Assembly: GCA_965213705.1 (NCBI GenBank)
Contig: OZ243913.1
Coordinates: 1,312,001-1,376,000, forward strand
Length of the DNA: 64,000 nucleotides
From: Trueperaceae bacterium
GTDB lineage: Bacteria; Deinococcota; Deinococci; Deinococcales; Trueperaceae
Reading direction: 5' to 3'
A model generated the notes under the pieces. The model saw nothing but the letters and a program-made list of their open reading frames with translations. It was not told the DNA's origin and ran no database searches. The position numbers were made by a program, and so were the translations under genes. Each line of letters starts with the position of its first letter. Positions within the stretch are counted from its first letter, which is position 1. Of this stretch, positions 1 to 10,197 are shown piece after piece.

Positions 1-425
1 GCGCTCGTCTCGAGCGCCGTCACCCGCCCGACGCGCCGCACCAAGTCGGGGTCGCGGGTCGCGCCCAAACCGATGTTGTGCGGTAGTATCGTCGCGCCGA
101 CCATGTTGTTGTGGCCGTGGACGGCGTCCGAGCCGTAGAGCAGGGGGATCTTGAGGCGGCTTTGAAGCGCTGCGCGCTGGAAGCCTTGCACCATCAAAAG
201 CCAAGCTTCGGGGTTGTTCGGCTCGGGGTTACCGCCGCCGCCCGACAGAACCGAGCCAATGCCGTGCTTAGCGACATCCTCCGGCGTGAGGCTGTTCTTT
301 TCCACTTGCGTCATCTGCGCGATTTTTTCGGGCAGGGTCATCTGGCTGAGGAGTTGGGTGGCTGTGTCAATGGCTGAGGCTCGAGCCGTCTCCACTGCCT
401 TCTCAGAAACCTCTAGGGTGCTCAC
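1..425 (-). CDS. GH3 beta-glucosidase, N-terminal part (runs off window start)
   Basis: Not in the ORF track. AAGGAG RBS then GTG at 425. Translation LLSQMTLPEKIAQMTQVE...IGSVLSGGG...RLKIPLLYGSDAVHGHNN...PHNIGLGATRDPDLV is a GH3 N-terminal signature. Confidence 0.9.
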   Translation of the reverse strand, partial: MSTLEVSEKAVETARASAIDTATQLLSQMTLPEKIAQMTQVEKNSLTPEDVAKHGIGSVLSGGGGNPEPNNPEAWLLMVQGFQRAALQSRLKIPLLYGSDAVHGHNNMVGATILPHNIGLGATRDPDLVRRVGRVTALETS

Positions 426-444
426 AGCACTCCTTCGTAAACGC

Positions 445-1521
445 TCACTTGTCCCCCGTCAGCACCACGCCCTGCATAAAGAAGCGCTGCGCGAAAAAGA
501 AAATGGTCAAGGGAATAATCATGGTGAGAACCGAGGCGGCCTGGATAAGCTGCGGCTCCGAGCTGTACAGTCCGTTAAAGCGGAACAGTCCGACCGCAAT
601 CGGCAGCAAATCCGCGCTGCCCGCTAAGTAGATGAGCGGCCCGAAAAAGTCGTTCCAGGCGAAGAAAAAGTGAAACAGCGCCACCGCGATGAGAGCCGGG
701 ACCGCCTGCGGCAAGATCACCGAGGTAAAAACGCGAATCGGCCCCGCGCCGTCAATGCGCGCCGCCTCTTCGATGGAGGTGGGAATCGTCAAAAAGTATT
801 GGCGCAGCAAAAACACGTTGTAAGCGTTCGAGAAAAACTGCGGCACGATTAACGGTAGCCAGGTTCCCACCCAGCCGATGCGGAAAAAGAAGGCGTAGGT
901 CGGCACCAGCGTGACCTGCGGCGGCAAGATGATGGTCGAAATCAGGATGATGAACAGGACGCCCTTGAAGGGAAACCGGAACCTTGCGAAGCCGTAGGCG
1001 ACGATGGCCGCCGAAAAGGTCGCCGCCACGGTGGTGATGCTCGCGTACATGAGGGTGTTGCCGAGCAACCGCAGAAACTTGATGAAGGTGAAGGCTTTGG
1101 GATAGTTGCTCCACTCGAGCGCCAAATTATAAGCCGGCGTCAGCGTGCGCCAGCGCCCTTCCCAGGTGATTTCGCCCGCCTCGGGATTTTTGGGGTCGAC
1201 AAAGGTGCTCGAGTCCCGTCCCTTTTGCAGGAGCGCCAAGGGCTTCGTGCCTTCTTCCGTCGGCACTTCATACACGTCATAGTTTTTGCCTTGGTACTCG
1301 AACGTCTCCGCCGAAGCGGGCAGAATGGGCGCGTTGATGTCTGAGTTCTGCCCCTTGGTTTTGAGCGACGTCAGCACGCTGTAGCCGAGCGGCATGAGGT
1401 ACAAAAACAAAATCACGAGTGCGAGCGAGGTGAGTAGCGTGCGCGTGATGAGGGTGCGCTGAAGCTTGCTCATGTTTTCGCTCGAGCGCTCTTTTCTGGA
1501 GGTCGTTACCGTCGTCGCCAT
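445..1521 (-). CDS. Carbohydrate ABC transporter permease (MalG-like)
   Basis: EAARIDGA motif, TM helices; probable ATG at 1521. Confidence 0.92.
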   Translation of the reverse strand: MATTVTTSRKERSSENMSKLQRTLITRTLLTSLALVILFLYLMPLGYSVLTSLKTKGQNSDINAPILPASAETFEYQGKNYDVYEVPTEEGTKPLALLQKGRDSSTFVDPKNPEAGEITWEGRWRTLTPAYNLALEWSNYPKAFTFIKFLRLLGNTLMYASITTVAATFSAAIVAYGFARFRFPFKGVLFIILISTIILPPQVTLVPTYAFFFRIGWVGTWLPLIVPQFFSNAYNVFLLRQYFLTIPTSIEEAARIDGAGPIRVFTSVILPQAVPALIAVALFHFFFAWNDFFGPLIYLAGSADLLPIAVGLFRFNGLYSSEPQLIQAASVLTMIIPLTIFFFAQRFFMQGVVLTGDK

Positions 1522-1522
1522 T

Positions 1523-2503
1523 CTAACGGCCGTCCGCCGCGTAGTAGACCCAGCGCCGCGCCGTGCCAAAAAGTAAAAGCGTGATAGCGATGGCAATTAA
1601 AAACATGAACCAGGCAATCGCCGAGCCATAGCCCATGTTGAGAAATCCGAAGGCTTGTTTGAAAAAATGAATCATGTAAAAGTAGGTCGCCCCTTGCGGG
1701 TAGCCCGAGCCGTTGGTGAGCACGTACGGCGTAATAAAATATTGCAACAGCCCGATGACGCCGAGAACCAGGTTGTAAAAAATGACCGGCGAGACCATTG
1801 GAAAGGTGATGCTCCAGAGTTGCCGCCACCAGTTCGCGCCGTCGATGGTCGAGGCCTCGTACAGTTCGGTCGGCACACCTTGCAACGCCGCCAAGTTGTA
1901 CAAAATCGCGTTGCCGATGCCCCACAAACCAATCATGGTGTAAGCCAAATAGACGAGCCAAGGGTCGTCCAGCCAGCGGATCCCGTTCGGCCCCGCCGCG
2001 TCGAACCCGGTCAAACCCTCGATGAGCCGGTTCAGCCAGCCCGTCGTCGGGTTGAGCACACCCGACCAGATGAGCACCCCCGCCACAGCGGGCACCATCA
2101 CCGGCGCATAAAAAAGCGTGCGAAACACGTTCTTGCCGAGCAGGTGTTTCGAATTGAGCAAAATAGCCAGAAAAAAAGCCGAGAGCATCCCGATAGGTAG
2201 CGAGATGAGCGCGAACTTAAAGGTAACACCCAAGGCCTGCCACACGAGCGGGTCTTCAAACAGTAGCCGCCGCCAGTTGGCGAGGCCCACAAACCTAGCT
2301 GGCTCGGGCGAGGCCAGCTGAAAGTCGTAGAGCGAAAACACAAACGAGGCGACCATCGGGATGAGGTAAAACAGTACGAAGCCGACGATCCACAAACCTA
2401 TAAAAGCGTAGCCCCAACGCGCCTCCCGGCGAGCAAGCTTGCCCATTTTCTCGCGCTTGCCGCCCTGGCGGTTGCGCCGCACTTCGTCTAACAACATAGC
2501 CAT
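1523..2503 (-). CDS. Carbohydrate ABC transporter permease (MalF-like)
   Basis: ELYEASTIDGA motif, MGYGSAIAW; AGGAGG RBS before ATG 2503. Confidence 0.92.
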   Translation of the reverse strand: MAMLLDEVRRNRQGGKREKMGKLARREARWGYAFIGLWIVGFVLFYLIPMVASFVFSLYDFQLASPEPARFVGLANWRRLLFEDPLVWQALGVTFKFALISLPIGMLSAFFLAILLNSKHLLGKNVFRTLFYAPVMVPAVAGVLIWSGVLNPTTGWLNRLIEGLTGFDAAGPNGIRWLDDPWLVYLAYTMIGLWGIGNAILYNLAALQGVPTELYEASTIDGANWWRQLWSITFPMVSPVIFYNLVLGVIGLLQYFITPYVLTNGSGYPQGATYFYMIHFFKQAFGFLNMGYGSAIAWFMFLIAIAITLLLFGTARRWVYYAADGR

Positions 2504-2569
2504 GCCGACCTCCTGTAGAAGCTGTGCCGGACGAGCAGGTGCCGCGTCGGCACCTGCTCTTTGAATCAC

Positions 2570-3925
2570 CTAGTTACGGTTGGCGTCGAAGATGCGTTGT
2601 AGGTCGGCTCTCAACAGCTCCAACTCGGCGTCGATGTCGAAGTTGGGTTCGTTTTCCAGAGCTTGTGTAAAGGTGGCGTAGCGGTCTTTGGCTTCGCGGT
2701 AGCCGGGCATTCCTTCTTCGTGGTTCGGTGTGTCAGGATGGCTCAAGCCCGCAGCGACAATGTCCCAGTTCACGTCTTGGTCGGGAAACTTTTCCGCGGC
2801 GTACTGCTCGAAAAACGAGTCCTGAAGGCTGATGCGCGCGGGCATCCCGCCGTAGATGCTGGCGAGCCGACCCGCAACTTCTGGGCTGAGGAGGTAGGTG
2901 AGGACGGTGAACGCCGCTTCGGGGTTCTTGGCGCTCTTCAAAATTCCGAAGGTGTCGGCGTGCAGTTTGGCGGTTGCTTCACCGTTGTAGGTCGGCACGG
3001 GGGCCACGTCCCAATCGGCTTGTAGCGAGGTCAGGCAGCAAGAGAGGTACCACAGGTGCGTTTCCGCCATCGCCAAGTTGCCCGAGTCGAACCAGTTGCC
3101 GTCACCCAACAGCGCGCTGCCGCCGTAGGGACCGTTCGGGTAAAAGTCGTCCGTCCACATGGCGTCTTGGTACCACTGAAAAGCGGTGCGCCAGTTGTTC
3201 GGGATGACGGCGTTACCTTCGCTGTCGACAAAGTTGCCGGGGCCGAACAGCGTGGCGCGGCCGCGCAGGTCGGTATACATGTAGCCGAAACCCCACTGCA
3301 CGATGTTGTTGGGGTCGAAGGCCTCGCTCGTGGCGTCGTTGCCGTCGGCGTCGACGGTAAGTTTCATGGCGAGGTCGCGTAGGGTGCCGACATTCCACTC
3401 CTGCTCGTCACCGTTTTCGTCGACGTAGGGCGCGCCGTACTCGGACGGCGGGTAAGGCAGACCAGCCTCGTCGAACAGGTCTTTGTTGTAGGTCATGAAC
3501 GACGGGAAAACCGCAAACGGAATCCCAAGTTGACCTGCATTCTCAAGCTTGTAAAAGTCCACCAGGGCCGGGTCGAAGTCGCTCAGGTCATAGTTGGTCG
3601 CCTCGATGTAGGGGCTTAAGTCCGTCCAGGCACCGGGAAAGGCGGCGCGGCCCTGAATGCCCACCGGGCCGACCAAGTCGGGCGCGTTGCCGGCGGAGAT
3701 TTGGGTGGCGAGCACGTCCTGAGACTGGTCGGAGTCGACGATTTCCAAGACGAGTTCGATGTCGTTTTGCGAGGCGTTGAACTCGTCGACGATTTGCCGC
3801 TGCGCAGCGAAGGTAGGCTCGTCGCTGCCGGCACCCAGACCCACGAACCACCGCACCTCGGTCTGGGCCAGGGCCGCACTCCCTAACAGCGCACTTAGCA
3901 ATCCCAGTAAAACGAACTTTTTCAT
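2570..3925 (-). CDS. Sugar ABC transporter substrate-binding protein
   Basis: Signal peptide (ALAQ), GNAPDLV and YNKDLFDEAG motifs. Confidence 0.92.
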   Translation of the reverse strand: MKKFVLLGLLSALLGSAALAQTEVRWFVGLGAGSDEPTFAAQRQIVDEFNASQNDIELVLEIVDSDQSQDVLATQISAGNAPDLVGPVGIQGRAAFPGAWTDLSPYIEATNYDLSDFDPALVDFYKLENAGQLGIPFAVFPSFMTYNKDLFDEAGLPYPPSEYGAPYVDENGDEQEWNVGTLRDLAMKLTVDADGNDATSEAFDPNNIVQWGFGYMYTDLRGRATLFGPGNFVDSEGNAVIPNNWRTAFQWYQDAMWTDDFYPNGPYGGSALLGDGNWFDSGNLAMAETHLWYLSCCLTSLQADWDVAPVPTYNGEATAKLHADTFGILKSAKNPEAAFTVLTYLLSPEVAGRLASIYGGMPARISLQDSFFEQYAAEKFPDQDVNWDIVAAGLSHPDTPNHEEGMPGYREAKDRYATFTQALENEPNFDIDAELELLRADLQRIFDANRN

Positions 3926-3985
3926 TCATTACCTTTCCGCCCCCGGCGTTTGCAGGAGCCAATCATCTTGTGACCGAAACCGCCA

Positions 3986-4990
3986 CTAGCGAACAGTCTC
4001 TACGGACGCTCTCACAACCAGTTCGGGCTCAAACTTGTGCTTCACCTCCGTTTCTTCACGTTGCAACGTCGCTACGGCAAGCCGAGCCGCCGTTTGACCC
4101 ATTTCGTAAAGCGGCTGGCGGACGGTTGTCAGGGCCGGGGACAAGTAACGCGCGAACAGCACGTCGTCGTAGCCGACCAGAGAAACATCTTGTGGGACGC
4201 GGCAACCCGCTTGACGCAAGGCCGTAAGCGCGCCCAGCGCCATCTGGTCGTTGCCGACGAAGACCGCGCTGATACCGGTGTTACGCGCCAACAACTGCGT
4301 CATGGCAAGCTGTCCGCCCGCCTCGGCAAAGTCGCCTTCGACGACCAAAAGCTCGTCGAAAGACAGGCCGTTTGCTTGGAGCGCGCGGCGGTAGCCCCGG
4401 AGCCGGGCCCGGCTGTCTTGTATCCAGAGCGGCCCCGCGACATGCGCGACGCGCCGGTGGCCGTGGTCGATGAGGTGCTGCGTCGCCAAAAAGCCACCCT
4501 GCTCGTTGTCCAGGTACACGCAACGGCCCTTCAACTCGGCCACGTCGCGTCCGAAAACGATGAGCGGCGGGCCGGTTTTGGCCCAACGCAGTAAATCGTC
4601 GTCGCTGGCGGCGTCGACCTGCACAATGATCGCGTCCGAGCGGCGTTGCCGCAAGAAAGCTACGGCTTCTCGCTCCTTGTTCGCGTCGGCATGGCCGCTC
4701 GAGACCAGCAGGTGCCCACCCGCTTCTTCGACCACCACTTCGACGCCGCCAATCAGCCCGGCGTAGTAGGGGCTCGAGATTTCGTTCAGGACCACGCCGA
4801 TGCCGCCCGAGCGGTTGGTCACCAGGCCGCGCGCGAACACGTTCGGCTGGTAGTTGAGCTCTTTGACCGCGTCCAGCACGCGCCGGCGAGTGTCGTCCGC
4901 GACGGGAACCGTCTCGTTCAGCACCCTCGAGACCGTCGAGGGGGACACGTGGGCGCGGCGAGACACCTCCTTGATGGTCGGCATCGACAC
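3986..4990 (-). CDS. LacI-family transcriptional regulator
   Basis: TIKEVSRRAHVSPSTVSRVLN HTH; VPQDVSLVGYDD; ALTTVRQP. Confidence 0.95.
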   Translation of the reverse strand: MSMPTIKEVSRRAHVSPSTVSRVLNETVPVADDTRRRVLDAVKELNYQPNVFARGLVTNRSGGIGVVLNEISSPYYAGLIGGVEVVVEEAGGHLLVSSGHADANKEREAVAFLRQRRSDAIIVQVDAASDDDLLRWAKTGPPLIVFGRDVAELKGRCVYLDNEQGGFLATQHLIDHGHRRVAHVAGPLWIQDSRARLRGYRRALQANGLSFDELLVVEGDFAEAGGQLAMTQLLARNTGISAVFVGNDQMALGALTALRQAGCRVPQDVSLVGYDDVLFARYLSPALTTVRQPLYEMGQTAARLAVATLQREETEVKHKFEPELVVRASVETVR

Positions 4991-4992
4991 TC

Positions 4993-5044
4993 CTTATGAA
5001 ATCGCTTTCATAAGAATTTAGAACACCCGGACCGGGTTTGTCAA
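4993..5044 (-). promoter_or_regulatory. Sigma70 promoter plus LacI-type operator of the GH3/ABC operon
   Basis: Minus strand TTGACA-18 nt-TAAATT. Palindrome CTTATGAAA-TCGC-TTTCATAAG (4993-5014) fits the LacI operator pattern TGnAAnCGnTTnCA. Confidence 0.75.
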
Positions 5045-5319
5045 GAACCTAAACGTTCCTAAACTTCACACAGCTCAAGACAGGAGCCTTTACACCTTTA
5101 GGAAACCTTCGACCTCGCCAGCGGCAAGCAGGTTGCAAACAGCTGAAACGCCTATTGCGCACATTAGAGTGTTTTTTGGCGTGGCACCGTCGGTAAAAAA
5201 AACGGGTACCGGAAATTTTTTTGCACCGTCGACCCAGATCGGCAGGTAACTTTTTGCAGAGAAAGGAAGCACACGGATTTAACAAGTGGCGCGTCCACCA
5301 GCGAGGGAACCGTTTGACT

Positions 5320-5621
5320 TTTTGACGTGGGCATCAGCCAAGCACCTTTGGACGCGGACTTGAAAGTTCATTAGGGCTGGGAACAAGAACTTGCGGAGCG
5401 GACGATCCGGTCCTCAGCGCGGTCGCTGCCAACCTCGCCCGACTGGCGACGGCGTTACACACCAACCCGATTGATGGTTCAAAGGTAATCAGCCTTCTCA
5501 GGCAACTCGCCGACAAGACGACCGCCGCAGCTTAGGGGTCTGACTTCGACGCCGACACGGCAGACAGTTTGCAAAACCCCGGCTCGGCCCTTTCTCAAGT
5601 AAGCCGTCAGCTGTCCGGCTG
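5320..5621 (+). pseudogene. Degraded small helical hypothetical gene
   Basis: Pieces GWEQELA / ADDPVLSAVAANLARLATALHTNPIDGSKVISLLRQLADKTTAAA*GSDFDADTADSLQNPGSALSQ, joined across a frameshift and two stops. Confidence 0.45.
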
Positions 5622-5745
5622 ACCATTGGTCTCGGAACGTCAAAGAGGGTGTTTTGCTGGTCGTACCTGTTTGAAATTTTGTCAAGTGCGCCCGCTGGTT
5701 CTCTAGCGCCGGAGCGCGGCTGCCATCTCCCCAGCTAGTCGAGCG

Positions 5746-6510
5746 TCAGCAACTAAGTCGCGTCAACTCGAACACGGTTTTCAACGCCTCGAGCGGGTCG
5801 CCTTTGGGAATAAACTCGTGACCGACGAATCCTTCGTATCCTGTTGCCGCAATGGCCTCGAATACGGCGTCGTAAGCGATTTCTTGCTGACGGTCGAGGT
5901 CGTGCCGGCCCGGATTACCCGCTGTGTGGTAGTGAGCGATATAGGGATGATGACTTTTGATGGTCCGGATGAGGTCGCCCTCCATCACTTGCATGTGGTA
6001 CACGTCGTAAAGCAACTTCAAGCTTGGAGACGCTACGGCTTTGCAAACTTCCAGACCCCAGCGGCTGCTGTCGGCTTGGTAGTCCGGGTGGTCGACTTTG
6101 CTGTTGAGCAGCTCGAGCACGAGGACCACTCCCGCCTGTTCTGCCAGAGGCACCAGTTCAAGCAAATTCGCAACGGCGTTTTCGATACCGACCGCGTCGC
6201 TCAAACCCTCACGGTTGCCCGAAAAACAAATGAGGTGTGGCACGGACCATGTTCGCGCCAGCTCGAGCTTGGTTTCGAGTTCTCTTTTCAGCAGCGGCAG
6301 GTTCTCGGTGCGGTTAAGGCCCTCTGGAGCCAACGGGTGCGCTTGGGTATTGAGGATGGTAAGTCCGTGGTCTTTGACAAGTTGCCAGTGTTCTCGCGGC
6401 GGCATTTCCACGGCCGCGTAACCGACGTCGGCAGCGGCGCGGACAAGCTTCGACGCTGCCAATCCCGTTCCGGCAAAGCTCCACCAGGCAAAACTCTGGC
6501 GCAAGCTCAC
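5746..6510 (-). CDS. Hydroxypyruvate isomerase-like TIM-barrel sugar isomerase
   Basis: LELLNSKVDHPDY, LLYDVYHMQVMEGD, HYHTAGNPGRH, VGHEF. Confidence 0.88.
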   Translation of the reverse strand: MSLRQSFAWWSFAGTGLAASKLVRAAADVGYAAVEMPPREHWQLVKDHGLTILNTQAHPLAPEGLNRTENLPLLKRELETKLELARTWSVPHLICFSGNREGLSDAVGIENAVANLLELVPLAEQAGVVLVLELLNSKVDHPDYQADSSRWGLEVCKAVASPSLKLLYDVYHMQVMEGDLIRTIKSHHPYIAHYHTAGNPGRHDLDRQQEIAYDAVFEAIAATGYEGFVGHEFIPKGDPLEALKTVFELTRLSC

Positions 6511-7529
6511 AGCTCGGCCCAGTCGAAAACGACTCCCATCGCCGCCATGCGGTCGTTTTGGAGCAAGTCATAGGCTTGGGTGACTTCTTGAGGTTTAAAG
6601 CGGTGCGTTACGAGGTGGAGCACTTTCATGTCGCCGCGTGCCAGATATTTAAAAAATAGTTGTGTCATCTGCTGGCTATCCCAGTAAGCATGGTCGCTAG
6701 ACCGACTGGGCGGGTCGCTGTCGTGTGCACCGACGATGCTCAGTCCGCGGGTCACAAGGTCGGGGGTGAGGCGTTGCTGCGCCGGCCTGCCAGTGTCGCC
6801 CAGAAGTACGAAGGTGCCGAAGCGTTTCGTCAAAGGCAAGGCTTGCTCGAGCACCTGCGGCGCGCCTGTCACGTCGTAAACCGCGTCGGCACCTTGACCG
6901 TGGGTAAGGTCCATCACTTCGTCGTAGGCTTCGGCGACCCCTTTTTTCAAAAGGGCTGTCGCACCGCTCTCTTTTGCCAGCCCGAGTCGAGTTTCGGAGA
7001 AGTCTATCGCCATGACCTCACGGGCACCCGAGAGCCGCAGGTACTGAACGACCAGTTGTCCCAACAAACCCAGCCCGACGACCACTAATCGCTCGCCCAA
7101 AACATGCGCGGCGCGGCGCACACCATTCTGAACAATTTTTGCGAGTGCGAAAAAGGTGGCGTCCTCGCTAGCAACACTTTCAGGTATAAAGAAGAGGTTA
7201 TCCTCTGTGACCGTCACAAACTGATGATGCGGTTTGCGAACTGCCACACGAGCACCGATTTCGACCGTGCGAACACGCTCACCAAGTTCTGTTACCTCAC
7301 CGACCAAGCTGTAGCCTGGTGCGAACGGATAGCGGACCCAACGGTCCCAGTGGGTTCCGGGGTCGAAGTTGCGGGTGTAACAAATCATCTCCGTTCCCGT
7401 ACTGATCAGGGACTTAATCCCTTTGACTCGAACCTCGTCAGGTTTTAGGGGGACGAGCGGCTCGGGCTTCAGTTCGGAGGCCTGCATTCCCGTAAAGTAG
7501 ATATTGTGAGATGACTCCTTTGCCGCCAC
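6507..7529 (-). CDS. Zinc-binding (MDR-family) alcohol/sugar dehydrogenase
   Basis: SLISTGTE, PFAPGYSLVG, VVGLGLLGQL Rossmann motif; AAGGA RBS before GTG 7529. Confidence 0.85.
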   Translation of the reverse strand: MAAKESSHNIYFTGMQASELKPEPLVPLKPDEVRVKGIKSLISTGTEMICYTRNFDPGTHWDRWVRYPFAPGYSLVGEVTELGERVRTVEIGARVAVRKPHHQFVTVTEDNLFFIPESVASEDATFFALAKIVQNGVRRAAHVLGERLVVVGLGLLGQLVVQYLRLSGAREVMAIDFSETRLGLAKESGATALLKKGVAEAYDEVMDLTHGQGADAVYDVTGAPQVLEQALPLTKRFGTFVLLGDTGRPAQQRLTPDLVTRGLSIVGAHDSDPPSRSSDHAYWDSQQMTQLFFKYLARGDMKVLHLVTHRFKPQEVTQAYDLLQNDRMAAMGVVFDWAEL

Positions 7530-7816
7530 GGCGCGTTCCTTTCGACCCGGCACCCATCCAGAAGACTTCTTTGCAACAAATTCATTTGACTAAAGTCAGC
7601 ATGTGCCCGAATGCTTGAGTGCAAGAATGTACCGCATGGCGTCGTCCTTTCCTAGCCGTTGATGCGAAGCGGGCGCTAAAGCCAGCTATCAACGCTTGGG
7701 CTAGACTGTTATACTGACCCAGCTCAAAACATAGTTGCTCAGTGGCTAAGGCTCGACGAGGTTTTAGTATACACCCGAACCCGCCCGAACCTACCGGTTA
7801 TTAAAGGAGGAAGAAG

Positions 7817-9064
7817 ATGAAAAGCCTGTTGGCTGCACTGCTAATAACTTCTTTTATGGTTGCCAGCGCACAAGTTGAATTGCGTTGGCGCACCCGCCCC
7901 GACAACCAAGCAGAAATAGACGTCTACACTGAGGCCAGCGAAACTATCGACGCCGCTTGGGACGGAGTAAGCCTCGTTTTTGAACCCGGTGGTTCCGAAA
8001 GCTCTTCTTATCAAGATGTATTGGTGACTGAAATCGAAGCGGGCACGGCACCTGACGTGTTCTGGATTCCAGGTACCGACATAGCTCGCTTTGCGGAGGC
8101 CGGCCTGATCTTAAACCTTGCCGACTTCGCCGCGGCGGACGCCGACTACGCTCAAACCGACTTCTACGAGGGGCCGATGGGTTACCTGACCACTTCTATC
8201 GACGACACACCTACTCTGTGGGGATTGCCCAAGGACGTGTCTGCTTTTGCCATTTATTACAACGCCGACCTCTTTGCGGAGGCAGGGCTCGACGCGCCTA
8301 AAGAGGGCTGGACCTGGGACGAGTTTGAAGAGGCTGCCAAAGTCATTGACGCGCTTGGTACGGAAATCACAGGGTTTGGCATGAACAGTTGGTGGGCGAA
8401 CTGGGGCTACTTTGTCAATGCCGCGGGTGGACGGTTTTTCAATGAAAACTTAACGGCTTGCGCCCTTGACAGCGCGGCCACGGTCGAAGGTTTGGAGTTT
8501 GCTGCCAATCTTATTCAAAGCGGTGCCGCCCTGCCTTGGGGTGTGGACGCCGAACCGCCCTTTCTTGCTGGCACGCTGGGCATGTTCATGAACGGACGTT
8601 GGGCGACGCCGGCCACGCTCACCAATGCCAACTTCGAATGGAACGTCGCGCCCTTGCCGATAGGTCCGAGTGGCAAGGCAACGAACTGGCTCTTCTGGGG
8701 TGGTTACGTCGTCAACGCTAAAACCGAGCACCCCGAACAAGCCTGGGACCTGGTGACGCGCCTGACAGGCAACGAGGTTCAAGCCAACAATGCTGCGTTG
8801 GGAGCCATTATTCCCAGCCGCGCAACCCAGGACGCGATTGACTTGTTCTTGGCAACGCTGCCCGGCACAGGTATCAACAATCAGGCGTTCGTTGACGGCA
8901 CAACTTCAGAAGATGTTCGTACCGAAGCGCCCCTTTTCAACGGCAATTGGCCCGCCATCGACACCGCTTACGGCAACGCCGTTGCCAGGGTGTTCAATGG
9001 TGAAATGACACCTCAGCTTTTCGCCGATACTATTTGCACCGAGGTCTCTCCAGAATTTGAGTAG
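7817..9064 (+). CDS. Orphan sugar ABC substrate-binding protein
   Basis: AAGGAGG RBS, signal peptide, GTAPDVFW, YYNADLFAEAG, WTWDEF; no adjacent permeases. Confidence 0.9.
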   Translation: MKSLLAALLITSFMVASAQVELRWRTRPDNQAEIDVYTEASETIDAAWDGVSLVFEPGGSESSSYQDVLVTEIEAGTAPDVFWIPGTDIARFAEAGLILNLADFAAADADYAQTDFYEGPMGYLTTSIDDTPTLWGLPKDVSAFAIYYNADLFAEAGLDAPKEGWTWDEFEEAAKVIDALGTEITGFGMNSWWANWGYFVNAAGGRFFNENLTACALDSAATVEGLEFAANLIQSGAALPWGVDAEPPFLAGTLGMFMNGRWATPATLTNANFEWNVAPLPIGPSGKATNWLFWGGYVVNAKTEHPEQAWDLVTRLTGNEVQANNAALGAIIPSRATQDAIDLFLATLPGTGINNQAFVDGTTSEDVRTEAPLFNGNWPAIDTAYGNAVARVFNGEMTPQLFADTICTEVSPEFE

Positions 9065-9195
9065 CGGGTGGGGGGTATTCCTAGAGTTAGAACGTAAACT
9101 GCGTTAGAAGTGGGGTGTCAGGAACGTCCCTTTGGGGTCGATTAAATTGAGCAGCTCTTGTTGGGTCATGCTGCCCCCGGCGCAGACAAAATAAC

Positions 9196-9303
9196 GTCGA
9201 GGTCGGTGAGCCGATTCGCGCGTTCACCGGCGTCTTCAGCGGCACCCCAACTTTCGAGGGCGGCTCCGAAACACTTGTGGGCGTCGAGAATGTCCAGGGT
9301 TGA
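9196..9303 (+). pseudogene. C-terminal remnant of a KaiC-like ATPase
   Basis: VEVGEPIRAFTGVFSGTPTFEG resembles the conserved KaiC-family tail (VGEPLxxFxGVLTGxP). Confidence 0.55.
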
Positions 9304-9359
9304 AGATGGCGTTGAATTTTCCCGGCGCTGAGAGCGAGTGCGTCAAACTGTGAAACGCT

Positions 9360-9700
9360 TGGCGTCAGCTCCTCGAGACCGTCTCAGCCCTAGCGCCGGG
9401 TCAGAACTTAACTGTGCTCCAGCGGCCGGTGCACGCTGTTACGCTTGTGAGCGTGGTGCCTCGGCCCTGCGAGCACGGCAGCGGCAGTACGAGGCGCGCG
9501 ACCTGTTGGCTGCCCTTAACCGCGCGAACGACTCTTTAGAGGCGCGCCTCAGCCAGGGTACGCGCTTGTCAGCGAACTCAACCTGGCTGAGGCGCGCCAG
9601 CGCATCGCGCGACTGTTGCACGACGAACTGCGGCAAGAACTTCTCGCCGCGCAGTACGCCCTGTCGCCGACCGAGGTCGGGGCTTCGACCTCGAACACTT
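9360..9700 (+). pseudogene. Frameshifted sensor histidine kinase remnant (HisKA_3 type)
   Basis: NLTVLQRPVHAVTLVSVV / SALRARQRQYEARDLL / ARQRIARLLHDELRQELL in shifting frames; no HATPase domain left. Confidence 0.7.
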
Positions 9701-10197
9701 CCAGATTGGCGTGGCGAAAAAGACCGGACTGGGGCTCGAGAATTTTCGGCACCGCTTAAAGCTGTTTGTGGTGGATGAAGCGGGTGCATAATAGGGTGGG
9801 AAAACGCCCGCGCACTAATCCTTTGCCGTTCTACCGCGGTAACCAAGGGTCGACACCGTTGCGTTTGAAGTGGTAGGGATAGTAGAGATACCAGTTCACA
9901 TAAGCGCCACCGATGTCGACCGGTTGCCCTTGCTCGACATCCATCTGGTCAATCAGCATCCGCCCAATCGGCACCAACCCAATCTGCACCAACCTAGTCT
10001 CTACCGGCGCTGTGGCCTCGAGCCTCTTCAACCTCCTCATTCCCCGTTCACCGCGAGCCGCTGTCTGCCCAAAGAAGCCTTCAGCTCGCTTTGGCACAAG
10101 CTCGAGCCCCGAAGCTCGACGACGACGTCGAAGCCGAAATAGCCGCCCTGTTCGACCAGGCGTTTGCCATTTTGGAGCACAACGGGGCTTTGGGCGC

